The notes under the pieces were generated by a model. It was not told the DNA's origin and ran no database searches. It was given only the letters and a program-made list of their open reading frames with translations. 34,282 bases of DNA from a virus (Duplodnaviria > Caudoviricetes). The stretch is taken from IMG/VR virus record IMGVR_UViG_3300032331_002510, positions 1-34,282 of that record; one strand, written 5' to 3'. Of the stretch, positions 32,921 to 34,282 are shown piece by piece (position 1 is the stretch's first letter; every line of letters starts with the position of its first letter). Both the position numbers and the translations under genes were made by a program.

Positions 32921-33397
32921 TTACCCCAGGAACAGGGCGCGCTCGTCAATCCGGCGGTTTTGCAAGCCCTTCAGCGGCTTGCCCCCGGCCATACAGTATT
33001 TGGCAAATTCCGCAGCAGCGCCTTCTTTATCGCCGCGAAGCAATTTCTGACGAAGCGTTGAACGCTGGAGTGTTCCAAGCCCGCAGTTAAAAGAGAAGCT
33101 AACAAGCCCATCAAACATACCTTGTGTAAGAGGGACAGGGCAGAAACGCTCCACGCCGCGCTCAAAGTGTTGTAGGTCTGCTGCAAGAATTCCATTGACT
33201 TCCTCCATAGGGAAAACCCTATCATCTTCTGGGCGCAACGGAAATGCCATGCGCTCCTCAATTTTTAACTTGCCCTGCTCGGGGTAAAGCACATGCCCTA
33301 CCCCTATGGTCCAGAGCTTGGCTGGGCACCGGTATGCACGCGTCCTGGTGCCTTCGTGGTGCTTGATGATCCCAAGGGCTTTGTCTGAGGTTTTCAT
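32921..33397 (-). CDS. Endolysin, GH24 lysozyme
   Basis: EG.R..AY.CPA..WTIG.GH, FD.LVSF.FN.G and GL..RR..E..LF. Confidence 0.92.
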   Translation of the reverse strand: MKTSDKALGIIKHHEGTRTRAYRCPAKLWTIGVGHVLYPEQGKLKIEERMAFPLRPEDDRVFPMEEVNGILAADLQHFERGVERFCPVPLTQGMFDGLVSFSFNCGLGTLQRSTLRQKLLRGDKEGAAAEFAKYCMAGGKPLKGLQNRRIDERALFLG

Positions 33398-33546
33398 TTC
33401 TTTTGCGTTTGTACGCATCCGACCTTGTAGCCTAACTCGCGCCACTCAGTGGCGGCTTTCTGGCAGGATGCTTCGTATTCAAAATAACCGACGACCAGGA
33501 TGGTATTCATGTGAATGCCCGTCACAAGGACAAGCGTCCAGATCAT
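33394..33546 (-). CDS. Small hypothetical protein (50 aa, not in the ORF track)
   Basis: MIWTLVLVTGIHMNTILVVGYFEYEASC...GCVQTQKK*; ATGA overlaps with both neighbours. Confidence 0.65.
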   Translation of the reverse strand: MIWTLVLVTGIHMNTILVVGYFEYEASCQKAATEWRELGYKVGCVQTQKK

Positions 33547-34058
33547 TTACCAAAAGCTCGTCCACCAAAGTGGAAGGCAATAATGCTGGCAAACAGGGCC
33601 TGGGTGTTGGAGTCCCACAGGCGCTCTGCAAGGGCAGGGAAGGCTACGCCGTTGTTCCAGCCGTAGACAAACATGCCGATGTCCACAAAGCACAGCAAGA
33701 AGAAAAAGCCCATTGTGATAAAGCTACGCACACCGGCGCGCAGGTCTTTCATCCACTGGCTGGTGCCTTCTCCCAGAGACTCATCGTGCTTGTATATCGC
33801 GCTCATCTCAGCGACTTGGGCGTTGACCAGGTTCTCGTTGGCTTTGGCTGTGGTCTCCATCTCTAGCTGGGCGCTATGTATCTGCTCCACCCGCTCCTGG
33901 GCCTCGAAGCCAGCCTTGCGCAGCTCCAGCTCACGTTCTATCTGGAGCTGAGCCAGGGCGAGTTCGTGCTTCTTATCCTGGCGGTCTTGGAAGAAGTCCA
34001 GCAGTTTGGGCAAGCCGCCCATCAGGAAGGAGATTAGAGTTGATAGGATGGTAAGCAT
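33543..34058 (-). CDS. Holin-like membrane protein (3TM holin type)
   Basis: N-terminal hydrophobic helix, QDKKHEL coil, W...LRA.VR..IT TM segment and C-terminal F.FG.R; lies upstream of the endolysin. Confidence 0.7.
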   Translation of the reverse strand: MLTILSTLISFLMGGLPKLLDFFQDRQDKKHELALAQLQIERELELRKAGFEAQERVEQIHSAQLEMETTAKANENLVNAQVAEMSAIYKHDESLGEGTSQWMKDLRAGVRSFITMGFFFLLCFVDIGMFVYGWNNGVAFPALAERLWDSNTQALFASIIAFHFGGRAFGK

Positions 34059-34061
34059 GGT

Positions 34062-34282
34062 TTAGTCCTTTCCGGTCAGAGTTTTAATCTTGCTGTTCAC
34101 TGGAACTTTTTCTTCCAAGATAGCAATGTGCATCCTGTTCTCTGCAATTTGATCGCGGTTACGTTGGATTTCTTTTTCCAAGTCTTGGCGTAGCTTTTCT
34201 CGTGCAAGCTCTGCCCCAGTGTTACTTGCTTGCTTGTTGTCGCTGGTAACGACCAAACTGATCTTACTGTTTAAGATGGTGA
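34062..34282 (-). CDS. Hypothetical coiled-coil protein (5' truncated)
   Basis: The frame is open to the window edge (TILNSKISLVVTSDNKQ...). Confidence 0.6.
   Translation of the reverse strand, partial: TILNSKISLVVTSDNKQASNTGAELAREKLRQDLEKEIQRNRDQIAENRMHIAILEEKVPVNSKIKTLTGKD

Noticed and set aside
31621-33061. 280-aa and 307-aa alternative-frame ORFs over the repeat protein
   Set aside because: The frames stay open because a stop-free repeat unit is duplicated; there are no translation signals.
1-34282. tRNA/rRNA genes, integrase, transposase, reverse transcriptase or DGR
   Set aside because: No recognisable motifs were found by eye; a tRNAscan or Infernal run would be needed to exclude small RNAs.

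Overview
About 34 kb from the middle of a tailed dsDNA phage genome. The host is probably a Betaproteobacterium (inferred from gene families and GC-rich codon usage). From left to right the window holds: (1) + strand accessory genes, including a DUF932-like protein and a stand-alone Mesh1/SpoT-type HD hydrolase; (2) a - strand block with a Q-like Zn-finger regulator, SNF2 helicase, VRR-NUC nuclease, an iteron/IHF origin candidate, primase-helicase and a Cro-like HTH; (3) a divergent + strand APSE-like replication arm (DUF2800 Cas4-like nuclease, DUF2815 SSB, PolA, DUF3310) followed by many small genes; (4) a - strand late block with holin, GH24 endolysin, ejection-type virion proteins, a GNAT, a ferritin and two giant polyvalent proteins (1862 and 1718 aa). 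The giant proteins carry zincin peptidase, ADP-ribosyltransferase-like, HhH glycosylase-like, RelA/SpoT-type synthetase and ASCH domains. The most striking observation is that their inter-domain linkers contain small overprinted ORFs with their own Shine-Dalgarno sites. One is antisense, has a TATAAT box and sits directly after the alarmone-synthetase domain; two are same-strand and out of frame. These are candidate nested immunity or partner genes for injected effector domains, and the same genome encodes a separate alarmone hydrolase. All family calls come from motif recognition by eye, not database searches.
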